Shown piece by piece: positions 48,740 through 56,142 of a stretch of DNA of 64,000 bases. Position 1 is the first letter of the stretch. Each line of letters starts with the position of its first letter. The notes beneath the pieces were generated by a model. That model did not search any database. It worked only from the letters and a program-made list of their open reading frames with translations, and was not told the origin of the DNA. Source of the stretch: a virus; the IMG/VR virus record IMGVR_UViG_3300005573_000063, positions 1-64,000 of that record; one strand, given 5' to 3'. Position numbers and translations under genes: made by a program.

Positions 48740-48904
48740 CTATACTCTTTTCCCAAATACGGGAAGAAAACTCAGGGCGAACACAGCTAGACCGAAGCAA
48801 ACAAATGCTAGTACATTCAGTCCTGCGATTGTTCCTATGGCTCCAAGGCCAGCTACTACGAATAGCACTACACTTACTATAATGAGTAAATCTCTGATTG
48901 TCAT
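48740..48904 (-). CDS. Small membrane protein (54 aa, not in ORF track)
   Basis: MTIRDLLIIVSVVLFVVAGLGAIGTIAGLNVLAFVCFGLAVFALSFLPVFGKRV. Confidence 0.5.
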   Translation of the reverse strand: MTIRDLLIIVSVVLFVVAGLGAIGTIAGLNVLAFVCFGLAVFALSFLPVFGKRV

Positions 48905-48963
48905 GATTATATTTCTTTAGGTGGTAGACTCAGCAGCTTTCTTACTGATTTACAATTTCAAAA

Positions 48964-49054
48964 TGGTGGCAGGGGGGAAGACTCGAACTTCCCATTGGTC
49001 TTTCGACCTTCTGATTATGAGTCAGAAAAGCCCCCGCGGCTCTATGTCCCTGCA
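48964..49054 (-). tRNA. tRNA-Met(CAT) with long variable arm and 1:72 mismatch
   Basis: TCTGA-CTCATAA-TCAGA; GGTC-GAAA-GACC variable stem; CCA. Confidence 0.7.
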
Positions 49055-49131
49055 TGGTGACACTGGAAGGACTCGAACCTTCCTAATCCATCTACAGTAT
49101 CCAGTTTAGGAAACTGGGCTGATACAGTGCC
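49055..49131 (-). tRNA. tRNA-Arg(CCT), no D-arm, extended variable region
   Basis: GGCACTG-TATCAGC-CCAGT-TTCCTAA-ACTGG-N18-GAAGG-TTCGAGT-CCTTC-CAGTGTC-ACCA. Confidence 0.7.
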
Positions 49132-49138
49132 TTGTGTG

Positions 49139-49210
49139 AGCCTTCTAGCAGAATCGAACTGCTGATACTTCTATACCAAAGAAGTATGTTCCCACTAGCA
49201 TTAAGAAGGC
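49139..49210 (-). tRNA. tRNA-Thr(GGT)
   Basis: CTTCT-TTGGTAT-AGAAG. Confidence 0.8.
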
Positions 49211-49218
49211 ATAGTGCG

Positions 49219-49292
49219 TATTCCTGGAGGAACTTGAATCCCCGACCTCTTCGTCCGTAGCGAAGCGCTCTAGTCCACTGAGCTACAGGAAC
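49219..49292 (-). tRNA. tRNA-Arg(ACG)
   Basis: CTTCG-CTACGGA-CGAAG; canonical D-arm. Confidence 0.85.
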
Positions 49293-49409
49293 TTGTAGGT
49301 CCCCTGGGAGGCAGGAAAGGAGGAGGGGAAACCACCCCCCAGGGGACGATCTTTTCTCTTTAATCTTCAAAGAGATTACTCATTAAATGAGTACGACTTG
49401 GATTGTATT

Positions 49410-49667
49410 TTACAGGAATGATTCCCCTACCTCTTTATTGAGGAGAACTACTGCTATCAGTGTAGCGTAGTTTCCAGCAAGCGGTGACAAAATAGCTTGA
49501 GCTTCCTCCTCCGAAATAATCTTTTTCTCTACAAGATCATCAGCCGTACTACGCAGACTTCCATATTCACTTGTCAAGAGCTGCGTACTACCTAACCATT
49601 TATTTGTTAGCTCTATTCCTCCTAGGAATAGGGGAGGGTCATTAATCTCTAGACTTCTATCTATCAT
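49410..49667 (-). CDS. Hypothetical protein
   Basis: Coupled (ATGA) to the upstream gene. Confidence 0.45.
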   Translation of the reverse strand: MIDRSLEINDPPLFLGGIELTNKWLGSTQLLTSEYGSLRSTADDLVEKKIISEEEAQAILSPLAGNYATLIAVVLLNKEVGESFL

Positions 49668-49879
49668 TCAGGATACCTCTTGTGCGGTGAGTCGTTTGAA
49701 TTGTATTCACTCTGCAATTCCTTTAAACGTTCTTGGTTTGTGGACAGAGCGAGAACTATAAATATACCAATAAAAGGAATAAGTGTTGGAAGTAGAATGC
49801 CTGCTCCAGGGCGTCCCTTACTTAGTCCTACAACATATCCACCTACAATAGTAATACCCCACAACAATAATAGGACCAT
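49664..49879 (-). CDS. Small membrane protein
   Basis: Two TM segments around a SKGR motif; SD AAGGAG. Confidence 0.55.
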   Translation of the reverse strand: MVLLLLWGITIVGGYVVGLSKGRPGAGILLPTLIPFIGIFIVLALSTNQERLKELQSEYNSNDSPHKRYPE

Positions 49880-49909
49880 CTCTTTCTCCTTTTCTTATCT
49901 TCTCTATAT

Positions 49910-49938
49910 ATTATAGCATGATCTAGGTACGATGTCAA
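49910..49938 (-). promoter_or_regulatory. Consensus sigma70/SigA promoter
   Basis: TTGACA-N17-TATAAT with extended TG. Confidence 0.8.
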
Positions 49939-49955
49939 GCATCTTTTTTCTAAAG

Positions 49956-50064
49956 TGGAGTGAGGAAGAATCGAACTTCCCAGGAACTTATCAGCTCAGA
50001 TTACGTCATCTGCTTGCAAACAGAGAGTGATAATCAGATTATGCCACCGATAAGCACCACACCC
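49956..50064 (-). ncRNA. tRNA-like RNA (acceptor plus T-arm plus long irregular hairpin)
   Basis: GGGTG/CACTC-CA ends; GGAAG-TTCGATT-CTTCC; GCTTATCGGT/GCTGATAAGT stem. Confidence 0.55.
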
Positions 50065-50096
50065 AAATACCTCCTACAACCAGGCACTCCATGGCT

Positions 50097-50351
50097 TTAC
50101 TTACATTTCAAACTATGCTGATATAACTTATCTTTTGCTTCTTTACGAGACTTGAATTGCCAAGTGGATCCCATGACGGAATAACCAAGGCTGTGCACAA
50201 CACTAGAACACTGTGGACAAATTGCTATCCAGCCTCCTCCCGTTCTCACTCCAAAGGTAGTGGGAATATCTTTTAGATAAGTAAGAATGCCTTTCTTGAA
50301 AGAGGCACTTACCTTAATGTCTTTTATCTTGAAGATTGGATTAGGTTTCAT
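50097..50351 (-). CDS. Hypothetical Zn-finger-like protein
   Basis: CPQC...HSLKC. Confidence 0.45.
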   Translation of the reverse strand: MKPNPIFKIKDIKVSASFKKGILTYLKDIPTTFGVRTGGGWIAICPQCSSVVHSLGYSVMGSTWQFKSRKEAKDKLYQHSLKCK

Positions 50352-50354
50352 CTC

Positions 50355-50591
50355 CTATACGACTACCTTTTCAAAATTGACTAGGTAGTCTGCGCCTACC
50401 TCAAATTGGTCAAAGGCTGCAGGATTGGTAATGGTTAGCTCTACGTAGCCTGCAGGAGTCCACTTAGACCACTCCTTATTTTCCTTTCCGTCTCCATAAA
50501 CGGGAGTTAGGCGCACTACCCTCGTAGGGTCTGCAACATTATACTCTGGAGCGGATACTGTATTGCAGTGAAGCTTAGCTTGAACTGTCAT
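50355..50591 (-). CDS. Conserved-looking small phage protein
   Basis: ENKEWSKWTPAGYVELTITNP; SD AAGGAG. Confidence 0.6.
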   Translation of the reverse strand: MTVQAKLHCNTVSAPEYNVADPTRVVRLTPVYGDGKENKEWSKWTPAGYVELTITNPAAFDQFEVGADYLVNFEKVVV

Positions 50592-50707
50592 TTATTTCTC
50601 CTTCTTCTTTTATTTCACGCCAGTCTATCGGGGACCAGCACAGCGTTGGATCATAAAGATGAGGAACATGCGTATTGATATGTGTTTTACATATTTAGTA
50701 TTGCAAC

Positions 50708-51139
50708 CTAATAATCCTGAATATCTTGCATTAGCTCACGTAAGATGCGTACATTTCCACCTGTTTGTAGCCACAGAACAGGAGTGAGTCCCTGTAAATC
50801 ACTAGACTTTGTTGTCATCCAATGAGTAAATACCATGGGGTGTACGGAGGGAGAAAGTTTAACGAGAATATACTTTAAATTCCGCAAGAGCTTGGTCCCT
50901 GCAAATTGAAAATTAGGGAAAAGAAGATCATCATTTTCGCCTCTAAATGCATAGATCATTTTGCGATCTACAAGATCCAGAACATCCTTACATGGTCTGT
51001 TTAAGACCACAGAGGCCGCTCCCACAGACAGGCAATTTAACTCAAATGTTCTTATTGGGAGAGAAGGGGGTGGAAACTTTGCGCTGTTTGCTCCCACACT
51101 CTCCCAAATTTGCCTTTCCTTATGTTCGAGATTCCCCAT
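50708..51139 (-). CDS. Putative DNA-binding protein, paralog of 12006..12479
   Basis: HTH-like N-terminus, FPNFQF, WM...LQGLTPVLWL. Confidence 0.5.
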   Translation of the reverse strand: MGNLEHKERQIWESVGANSAKFPPPSLPIRTFELNCLSVGAASVVLNRPCKDVLDLVDRKMIYAFRGENDDLLFPNFQFAGTKLLRNLKYILVKLSPSVHPMVFTHWMTTKSSDLQGLTPVLWLQTGGNVRILRELMQDIQDY

Positions 51140-51380
51140 GATGCACTTTCTTATTTCTTGTGGTGCCCACCAAATAAATAGTGAATAATATTTGAAATAC
51201 CAAGAAGTAGTCCGCCGATACTAAGAGCGACAATATCCGCATGCATTATTTCTATGCCTCCCTTTTCTCGATCCTATCGCAACAGTGTCATCGTAGCCTA
51301 CCTGACGATGACATGCCACCACCTTACCCATGTTGGGTGGCTCCCCTAATAAACCCAAGCAACAGCTTGGGGATAAAGTC

Positions 51381-51725
51381 CTACCGATTCTGCCATGCCT
51401 TGATGATATCAGGGTGCAGCCGCCCACGCTTCCCCACCTTGAGGCCCTGCTTGATCGCCCATGCTCTCACGTCTCCCACCTTCACCTCTTCACCAGAGGT
51501 GACCACAGGTACGCTCAGACCATCCTCATCATGCAGCACGAGAGCAGGACTGGACTTCTGGTTCCACTCCGCAAAACGCTCATGAGCCCTACGCTGGGCA
51601 TCTGAGAGCCTCCAGTAGTTCTCCTGCACCGTCTCACAGTTCAGGATTGCGAACAGCTCCCGGTAGCGAGCATCCACCGCTTCTGGTGTGTCGCAGTCTG
51701 AAAAGTCAATAAGATCGTCAGCCAT
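51381..51725 (-). CDS. Lsr2-like DNA-binding domain protein
   Basis: DVRAWAIKQGLKVGKRGRLHPDIIKAW matches the Lsr2 C-terminal domain. Confidence 0.8.
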   Translation of the reverse strand: MADDLIDFSDCDTPEAVDARYRELFAILNCETVQENYWRLSDAQRRAHERFAEWNQKSSPALVLHDEDGLSVPVVTSGEEVKVGDVRAWAIKQGLKVGKRGRLHPDIIKAWQNR

Positions 51726-51767
51726 GAGTAGCTCCTTTAGGTAGTAGTGAATTGCTTTAACACCTGT

Positions 51768-51796
51768 AGATTACCACACCACACTCAAGCTGTCAA
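51768..51796 (-). promoter_or_regulatory. sigma70/SigA-type promoter
   Basis: TTGACA-N17-TAATCT. Confidence 0.65.
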
Positions 51797-52011
51797 GTAC
51801 CGTACGTCAGAATTCCTGTGTAAAAAATGTGAAAAATTAGACCATCCTCCACAAACTGTACTGTACTAATGTATCTACCTGGATCTTTATCCAGGATGGT
51901 TCCTGTAGGGACAACGGTAAATGTGATATTTTCTGTCTCTCCCGCAGCAATCTGCTGAGGATCTACGGTAATCCACACACACACTTTATTCCCTTGAGCC
52001 TGCGCTGTCAA
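51793..52011 (-). CDS. Hypothetical protein (possibly N-truncated)
   Basis: VCVWITVDP...VPTG...YISTVQ...FHIF. Confidence 0.4.
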   Translation of the reverse strand: MTAQAQGNKVCVWITVDPQQIAAGETENITFTVVPTGTILDKDPGRYISTVQFVEDGLIFHIFYTGILTYGT

Positions 52012-52053
52012 GACTTGGTGATATCGGGATACACAAATTTCACCATAGGGGCG

Positions 52054-52131
52054 TGGTACCTAGTAAAGGATTTAAACCTTTGACCTTCGCTTCATCAGAG
52101 CGACGCTCTAATCAGACTGAGCTAACCAGGC
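52054..52131 (-). tRNA. tRNA-Ile(GAT)
   Basis: TCGCT-CTGATGA-AGCGA; CCA. Confidence 0.8.
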
Positions 52132-52171
52132 TTGTTGATATTGATGTTTTTAACGCCATTAAACTAATTAC

Positions 52172-52241
52172 CTAAAGGTATCAGACTCGAACTGATATTT
52201 ACGCCGTGCCGGCGCCGAGCTGCCATTACTCCAACCTCACC
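52172..52241 (-). pseudogene. Degenerate tRNA-like sequence
   Basis: Good T-arm ATCAG-TTCGAGT-CTGAT and D-arm, but a 5-nt anticodon loop and weak acceptor. Confidence 0.4.
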
Positions 52242-52563
52242 GTACAAGACGGTGGTATAGGATTCTCGAAGTCCTATCTTCAATATCAAACACTTAAAAG
52301 AATGCGACGATCTTCGCCATTGATCTATTCTACTCAGGAAGGAGGGTGGCGTAAGGTGCATCATCCTTCCTTGTCGTCATACAAAGAGCTTGTGCATACA
52401 AAGTATGAGGCTCTTGGGAGGGGCAAGCTTAAAGGGCTCACCTAGACGACGAGCAAATACATGTAGGTCTTGGATTTAATGACCTAACGACTTATTCTCC
52501 ACAGAATAAATTGTAAATTGCTTTAATGTAGAAGAAGAGTTTGAATCTTCATCTTCGCATTCT

Positions 52564-52638
52564 TGGCGATCCGTACCAGAGTTGAACTGGTCTGTTTGGC
52601 TTGACAAGCCAACATAATTCCCGATATATGAACGGACC
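52564..52638 (-). tRNA. tRNA-Asp(GTC)
   Basis: TTGGC-TTGTCAA-GCCAA; G73-CCA. Confidence 0.85.
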
Positions 52639-52667
52639 TAGATTTTTCAAAGAACCACTATTGTATA

Positions 52668-52982
52668 TTAAGACCAGCTTCTATGAACTTCATGAACAGA
52701 TTCCATTCCATCCTCGTCCCATATTTCTGCCTTAACATCGTCAGGAATTTCTACTACTTTGAGGGATGAAAATCTACTATTAGCCTCTACGCCTAGTTCT
52801 TCAACTACTCTCACTAAAGCGGGATCACAACGAAAATGAAAATCATTGCGCCCTGTCTCCCATGAGTTAAATGCTTTGCTTCTAGTAGTAGTAGGGGAAA
52901 AACCCCCATACTCTATGTACTTATGATGAGCAGCTTCACTTAGTCCAAAACCCCCATGTTTTTTATTGATAACTACTTTCAT
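52668..52982 (-). CDS. Conserved-looking phage hypothetical protein
   Basis: KVVINKKHGGFGLS...RCDPALVRVVEELG...VHEVHRSW. Confidence 0.65.
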   Translation of the reverse strand: MKVVINKKHGGFGLSEAAHHKYIEYGGFSPTTTRSKAFNSWETGRNDFHFRCDPALVRVVEELGVEANSRFSSLKVVEIPDDVKAEIWDEDGMESVHEVHRSWS

Positions 52983-53022
52983 ATATGCGATATTCTCCTT
53001 TCTTTTATAGCTATCAACACGG

Positions 53023-53097
53023 CCCCAGTCCGAGGATTCGGACCCCGCATATCTTCTTTAACAGAGAAGCGCCTTCGCCTAGCTGGCTCGACTGGGA
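53023..53097 (-). tRNA. tRNA-Asn(GTT)
   Basis: CTTCT-CTGTTAA-AGAAG. Confidence 0.8.
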
Positions 53098-53111
53098 TGC
53101 TTATATTGTAG

Positions 53112-53196
53112 TGACCCGTGCGAGGTTCGAACTCGCAATGCTCTATGTCCCTTCAGATTGAAAGTCTGACGTGCTAACCAATTACACCAACGGGCC
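53112..53196 (-). tRNA. tRNA-Glu(TTC), extended variable region
   Basis: TCAGA-CTTTCAA-TCTGA. Confidence 0.8.
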
Positions 53197-53203
53197 AAAC
53201 TTA

Positions 53204-53437
53204 TTACCTAAGACTTGTGATCTTAGCAGGGTTGCGAGCAGCTTTGACCACTACCCGACTCTGGCCGAAGAGGACAGTACCCTCCTTCTTTTTAGCTCCC
53301 TTTACTTGAATAACAAGGTGACCTGGCTTGCCTCCATAAGTATTTACAACCTTATAGAATTTTCCTTCCTTGCTACCGCCCAAGAGAACCTTATCTCCTA
53401 CGTGAATGTTCTTTGCTCTGATTATAGACTTAGCCAT
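53204..53437 (-). CDS. Small basic protein
   Basis: IHVGDKV (KOW/SH3-like), Lys-rich. Confidence 0.5.
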   Translation of the reverse strand: MAKSIIRAKNIHVGDKVLLGGSKEGKFYKVVNTYGGKPGHLVIQVKGAKKKEGTVLFGQSRVVVKAARNPAKITSLR

Positions 53438-53451
53438 TTCTTTCCTTTCTC

Positions 53452-53646
53452 CTATAGAGTTTCTTGCAGCATATAATATGTATAAAGCTTTTTGAGAGCC
53501 TCTCTCATTCTATCAGATGCATGCACCCACTGTTCGGCTCGTGAGACAGATTCAAATCCACATGTACAGTGAACTTTAGTATCCCAATTAGGTAGGTCTT
53601 TTCTCTCTTCATGTAGCTCAAAGAGAGTCTTTTCTTCCTCTATCAT
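53452..53646 (-). CDS. Small Zn-finger-like protein
   Basis: H...CTCG...H; start reassigned downstream of the promoter at 53667..53695 (TTGACA-N17-TAAGGT). Confidence 0.45.
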   Translation of the reverse strand: MIEEEKTLFELHEERKDLPNWDTKVHCTCGFESVSRAEQWVHASDRMREALKKLYTYYMLQETL

Positions 53647-53703
53647 AGAAATCTCTTTCTGAAAGGACCTTACCATGCTTTTATTCTCCTGTCAAGGAGA
53701 TTG

Positions 53704-53774
53704 CTCCGGGCCGAGGTAACGATCCCCGCTCTAGTGGGCCAAAACCACCCGTGTATCCTATACACCTGCCCGGA
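53704..53774 (-). tRNA. tRNA-Gln(TTG)
   Basis: GGTGG-TTTTGGC-CCACT. Confidence 0.75.
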
Positions 53775-53778
53775 ATGT

Positions 53779-54507
53779 TTAGCTAGAAGTATGGGTTTCT
53801 ATATCAGGATTGTGACTTGTTGTAGTATACGACCCTTCGTAATTTCTTACCCATTTCCTTATGGAATTATCGGTTACCCCATACCTTCTACCTGTTCCTA
53901 CATATCCCAAATCTCGTATTTCTTGAAGCAATTGCTCGTAGGGGGGTCGCTCTATTTTCCGAGTAGTCAATATTGGCTTGTGGTTTCCTATCCTTTTATC
54001 TATTCTTTCTGATTCTGGTTTCACCCATCCCACGGGGTGTTTTCTTCCGCAGTGAGTTGGAAGTCCAGCGTTACAATTAGGACAAACTATTCTAAGATTT
54101 TCTAATCTATGGTCATTTCTTACTCCATTGATATGATCTAAAATAAGAGCTATCTTTACTCCTTTCCAATTTTCGTCTTGTCCACAAATCTCACATATTG
54201 GAGTTTTCAAACCTTCCTTGTAAAGTCGAGCTTTTAATGCTCCTCGGCTATATGTAGAGGCTTCAGTCATTACTTCACTTAAAGGAAGGGCAGGAGCCCC
54301 AATTAAAAAATGTCCCTTTTCATCTCTAAAAGAGCGATAACGGTCAAAATGAGAAACTGACATACCCAGGCGCTCGATTTCTAATTTTATAGCGATATGA
54401 GCACTACCGGAGGGAGATTTTTTCAGTTTGCGTAAAACCTCAGTATAGGAATAAGATTGTGAAACAGCTGCTACAATTTCTTCTTTAGTTCGATTAATAG
54501 GCATCAT
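53779..54507 (-). CDS. HNH homing endonuclease
   Basis: CEICG...LDHINGVRNDHRLENLRIVCPNC; C-terminal HTH-like YGVTDNSIRKW. Confidence 0.85.
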   Translation of the reverse strand: MMPINRTKEEIVAAVSQSYSYTEVLRKLKKSPSGSAHIAIKLEIERLGMSVSHFDRYRSFRDEKGHFLIGAPALPLSEVMTEASTYSRGALKARLYKEGLKTPICEICGQDENWKGVKIALILDHINGVRNDHRLENLRIVCPNCNAGLPTHCGRKHPVGWVKPESERIDKRIGNHKPILTTRKIERPPYEQLLQEIRDLGYVGTGRRYGVTDNSIRKWVRNYEGSYTTTSHNPDIETHTSS

Positions 54508-54589
54508 TGAACCTCTAATCCCTTTCTTACTTTATAAGATGATTGAGGTTCAATTTTACTTACCACTAAACTATTAGGCCATTGCTAAG

Positions 54590-54665
54590 TCGGGGTGATG
54601 GGACTCGAACCCATGAAGATGTCCTGCTCCCAAAGCAGGCGGCCTAGCCACTGGCCCACACCCCG
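54590..54665 (-). tRNA. tRNA-Pro(TGG)
   Basis: CCTGC-TTTGGGA-GCAGG. Confidence 0.85.
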
Positions 54666-54674
54666 GTTATTACG

Positions 54675-54747
54675 TGCCCTCGGAGAATTTCAAAATCTCG
54701 ACTTCCTCGTTAAGAGCGAGGCACTCTAGTCTCTGAGTTACGAAGGC
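54675..54747 (-). tRNA. tRNA-Lys(CTT)
   Basis: CCTCG-CTCTTAA-CGAGG. Confidence 0.75.
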
Positions 54748-54762
54748 GTGTTTATTGCAAAA

Positions 54763-54860
54763 GTAGGGATGACCCCCTCAACTGGCCTGCGAGGAGGGTC
54801 TAATTATGCTGGAGAACTGCCAGTCGGGTCCAGCATGGAGGGTCCCTAAGCTCCTCCTAC
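54763..54860 (-). ncRNA. Candidate kissing-loop ncRNA (98 nt)
   Basis: Closing GTAGG/CCTAC; two hairpins whose loops GACTGGC and GCCAGTT are complementary. Confidence 0.6.
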
Positions 54861-54861
54861 G

Positions 54862-54942
54862 TGTCCATGGAGAGACTTGAACTCTCACGCTTGCGCATAT
54901 GTTCCTAAGACATACGTGTCTACCAAATTCCACCACACGGAC
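54862..54942 (-). tRNA. tRNA-Leu(TAG)
   Basis: TATGT-CTTAGGA-ACATA; class II variable arm. Confidence 0.85.
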
Positions 54943-54964
54943 TTGAACTTTGAATTATCTACTT

Positions 54965-55007
54965 TGTGTCTGCCATTAAAACTGTGTCTGCCATTAAAAC
55001 TGTGTCT
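54965..55007. repeat. 18-bp tandem repeat (about 2.4 copies)
   Basis: TGTGTCTGCCATTAAAAC x2 plus TGTGTCT. Confidence 0.7.
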
Positions 55008-55032
55008 AACCTATACTATATACTGGTTGCAG

Positions 55033-55121
55033 TGGTAGGGGCACCGGGGCTCGAACCCGGATGAGATATTATTCTCGCCACTTTTTAGGAGTGGAGTGTC
55101 TGCCGATTTCACCATACCCCC
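55033..55121 (-). tRNA. tRNA-Leu(TAA), C33
   Basis: CCACT-CCTAAAA-AGTGG; long variable arm; CCA. Confidence 0.8.
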
Positions 55122-55137
55122 ATGGTCTAATACTACG

Positions 55138-55211
55138 TGGTCCCTGTCAGTATCGAACTGACCCTATAAGTATTTCAAGCTTATGTGCAAATCCAATTAC
55201 ACTAAAGGACC
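55138..55211 (-). tRNA. tRNA-Phe(GAA)
   Basis: TAAGC-TTGAAAT-ACTTA. Confidence 0.75.
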
Positions 55212-55217
55212 ATATAT

Positions 55218-55433
55218 TTACTCCAGAACTTCTACAATTTGGTCTGGATCTACGTACCGATTAATTTGGTGTAGATAACCATCCTTCGAGGTGAGACGAG
55301 CTAAGCGTACCTTATTGCTTCGTGCTGTCTCACACGAGTACAACACAGATTCATAGACGGTGTGTCCGCCAGGTAGACGGAAAGCGCCAAGCTCCCCTAT
55401 GAGATCCCATGCGATGACTTCTTTAACTGGCAT
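55218..55433 (-). CDS. Hypothetical protein
   Basis: ORF coupled to the upstream gene. Confidence 0.45.
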   Translation of the reverse strand: MPVKEVIAWDLIGELGAFRLPGGHTVYESVLYSCETARSNKVRLARLTSKDGYLHQINRYVDPDQIVEVLE

Positions 55434-55638
55434 ACCGATCCCCTATCTCCTTTATGTAGACGAAGGCTCTCTGGGCGCTACGAGCCAATCGTACACCACC
55501 CTGAGGCTCTCCGTCCACTATGTTACCTATAAGGTAGTGACCCGAGACAGTGCGGTGTACCCACACCGTCGAAGTCTGAAAGGATGATTCCCGAACCATC
55601 TGATCGAGAAACTCTGAGGTAATCTCTGTCCTTGGCAT
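55423..55638 (-). CDS. Hypothetical protein, probably leaderless
   Basis: Start lies 6-7 nt after the -10 box of promoter TTGACA-N17-TACACT (55645..55673). Confidence 0.5.
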   Translation of the reverse strand: MPRTEITSEFLDQMVRESSFQTSTVWVHRTVSGHYLIGNIVDGEPQGGVRLARSAQRAFVYIKEIGDRYAS

Positions 55639-55674
55639 ATGTCAAGTGTACCACACCCTGCATCAGGTGTCAAG

Positions 55675-55748
55675 TGGAGACAACGAGAATCGAACTCGTC
55701 ACATTTTCCTTGCAAAGGAAATTCGCCAGCCTTGGTACATGTGTCCCC
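55675..55748 (-). tRNA. tRNA-Ala(TGC)
   Basis: G3:U70; TTTCC-TTTGCAA-GGAAA. Confidence 0.85.
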
Positions 55749-55816
55749 ATATTAAATTACCTTCCCCTCAGGTGGAAGTAATAGTTGTGTTAACAGAGCC
55801 ATTCCTGAGAGGTTCG

Positions 55817-55887
55817 AGTCCCGTATCGGTGCTGCCCCGACGTACATAGTTTGGAAGACTATTTCTCTACTGTTGAGATAACGAGAC
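55817..55887 (-). tRNA. tRNA-Gly(TCC), atypical T-loop
   Basis: ATAGT-CTTCCAA-ACTAT; T-loop GGCAGCA; U73. Confidence 0.7.
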
Positions 55888-55924
55888 GTGTGAACACTTG
55901 ATGTTCTTTGCCATTGAACTAATT

Positions 55925-55996
55925 CCAAATAGACTTAGGAATCGAACCTATACCCCCGGTTGTGTGACCGGAATGCAACCATACACTAATTTTAGA
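55925..55996 (-). pseudogene. Degenerate tRNA (Val-like)
   Basis: T-arm TAGG-TTCGATT-CCTA and CCGGT/ACCGG stem, but a 6-nt loop and poor acceptor. Confidence 0.4.
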
Positions 55997-56061
55997 CTAA
56001 GATACTCGATCTTAGAGATGTTGGGAATGAGAGTATTAAAATCTCATCTTCAAGTGTTCCG

Positions 56062-56142
56062 TGGGCCGGACAGGTAACGCTCCTGTACAGGATTAACCGG
56101 GAATTTTACAGATTCTTGAACTCACTTATGTTCAGCCGACCC
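56062..56142 (-). tRNA. tRNA-Tyr(GTA)
   Basis: GAAT-CTGTAAA-ATTC; variable arm; A73. Confidence 0.75.

Noticed and set aside
49298-49350. GC-rich hairpin upstream of tRNA-Arg(ACG) as a separate ncRNA
   Set aside because: A single hairpin with no other support; it could simply be a leader or processing structure.
54965-55007. CRISPR-like repeat
   Set aside because: Contiguous 18-bp duplication with no spacers; it resembles a tRNA-Leu D-arm relic.
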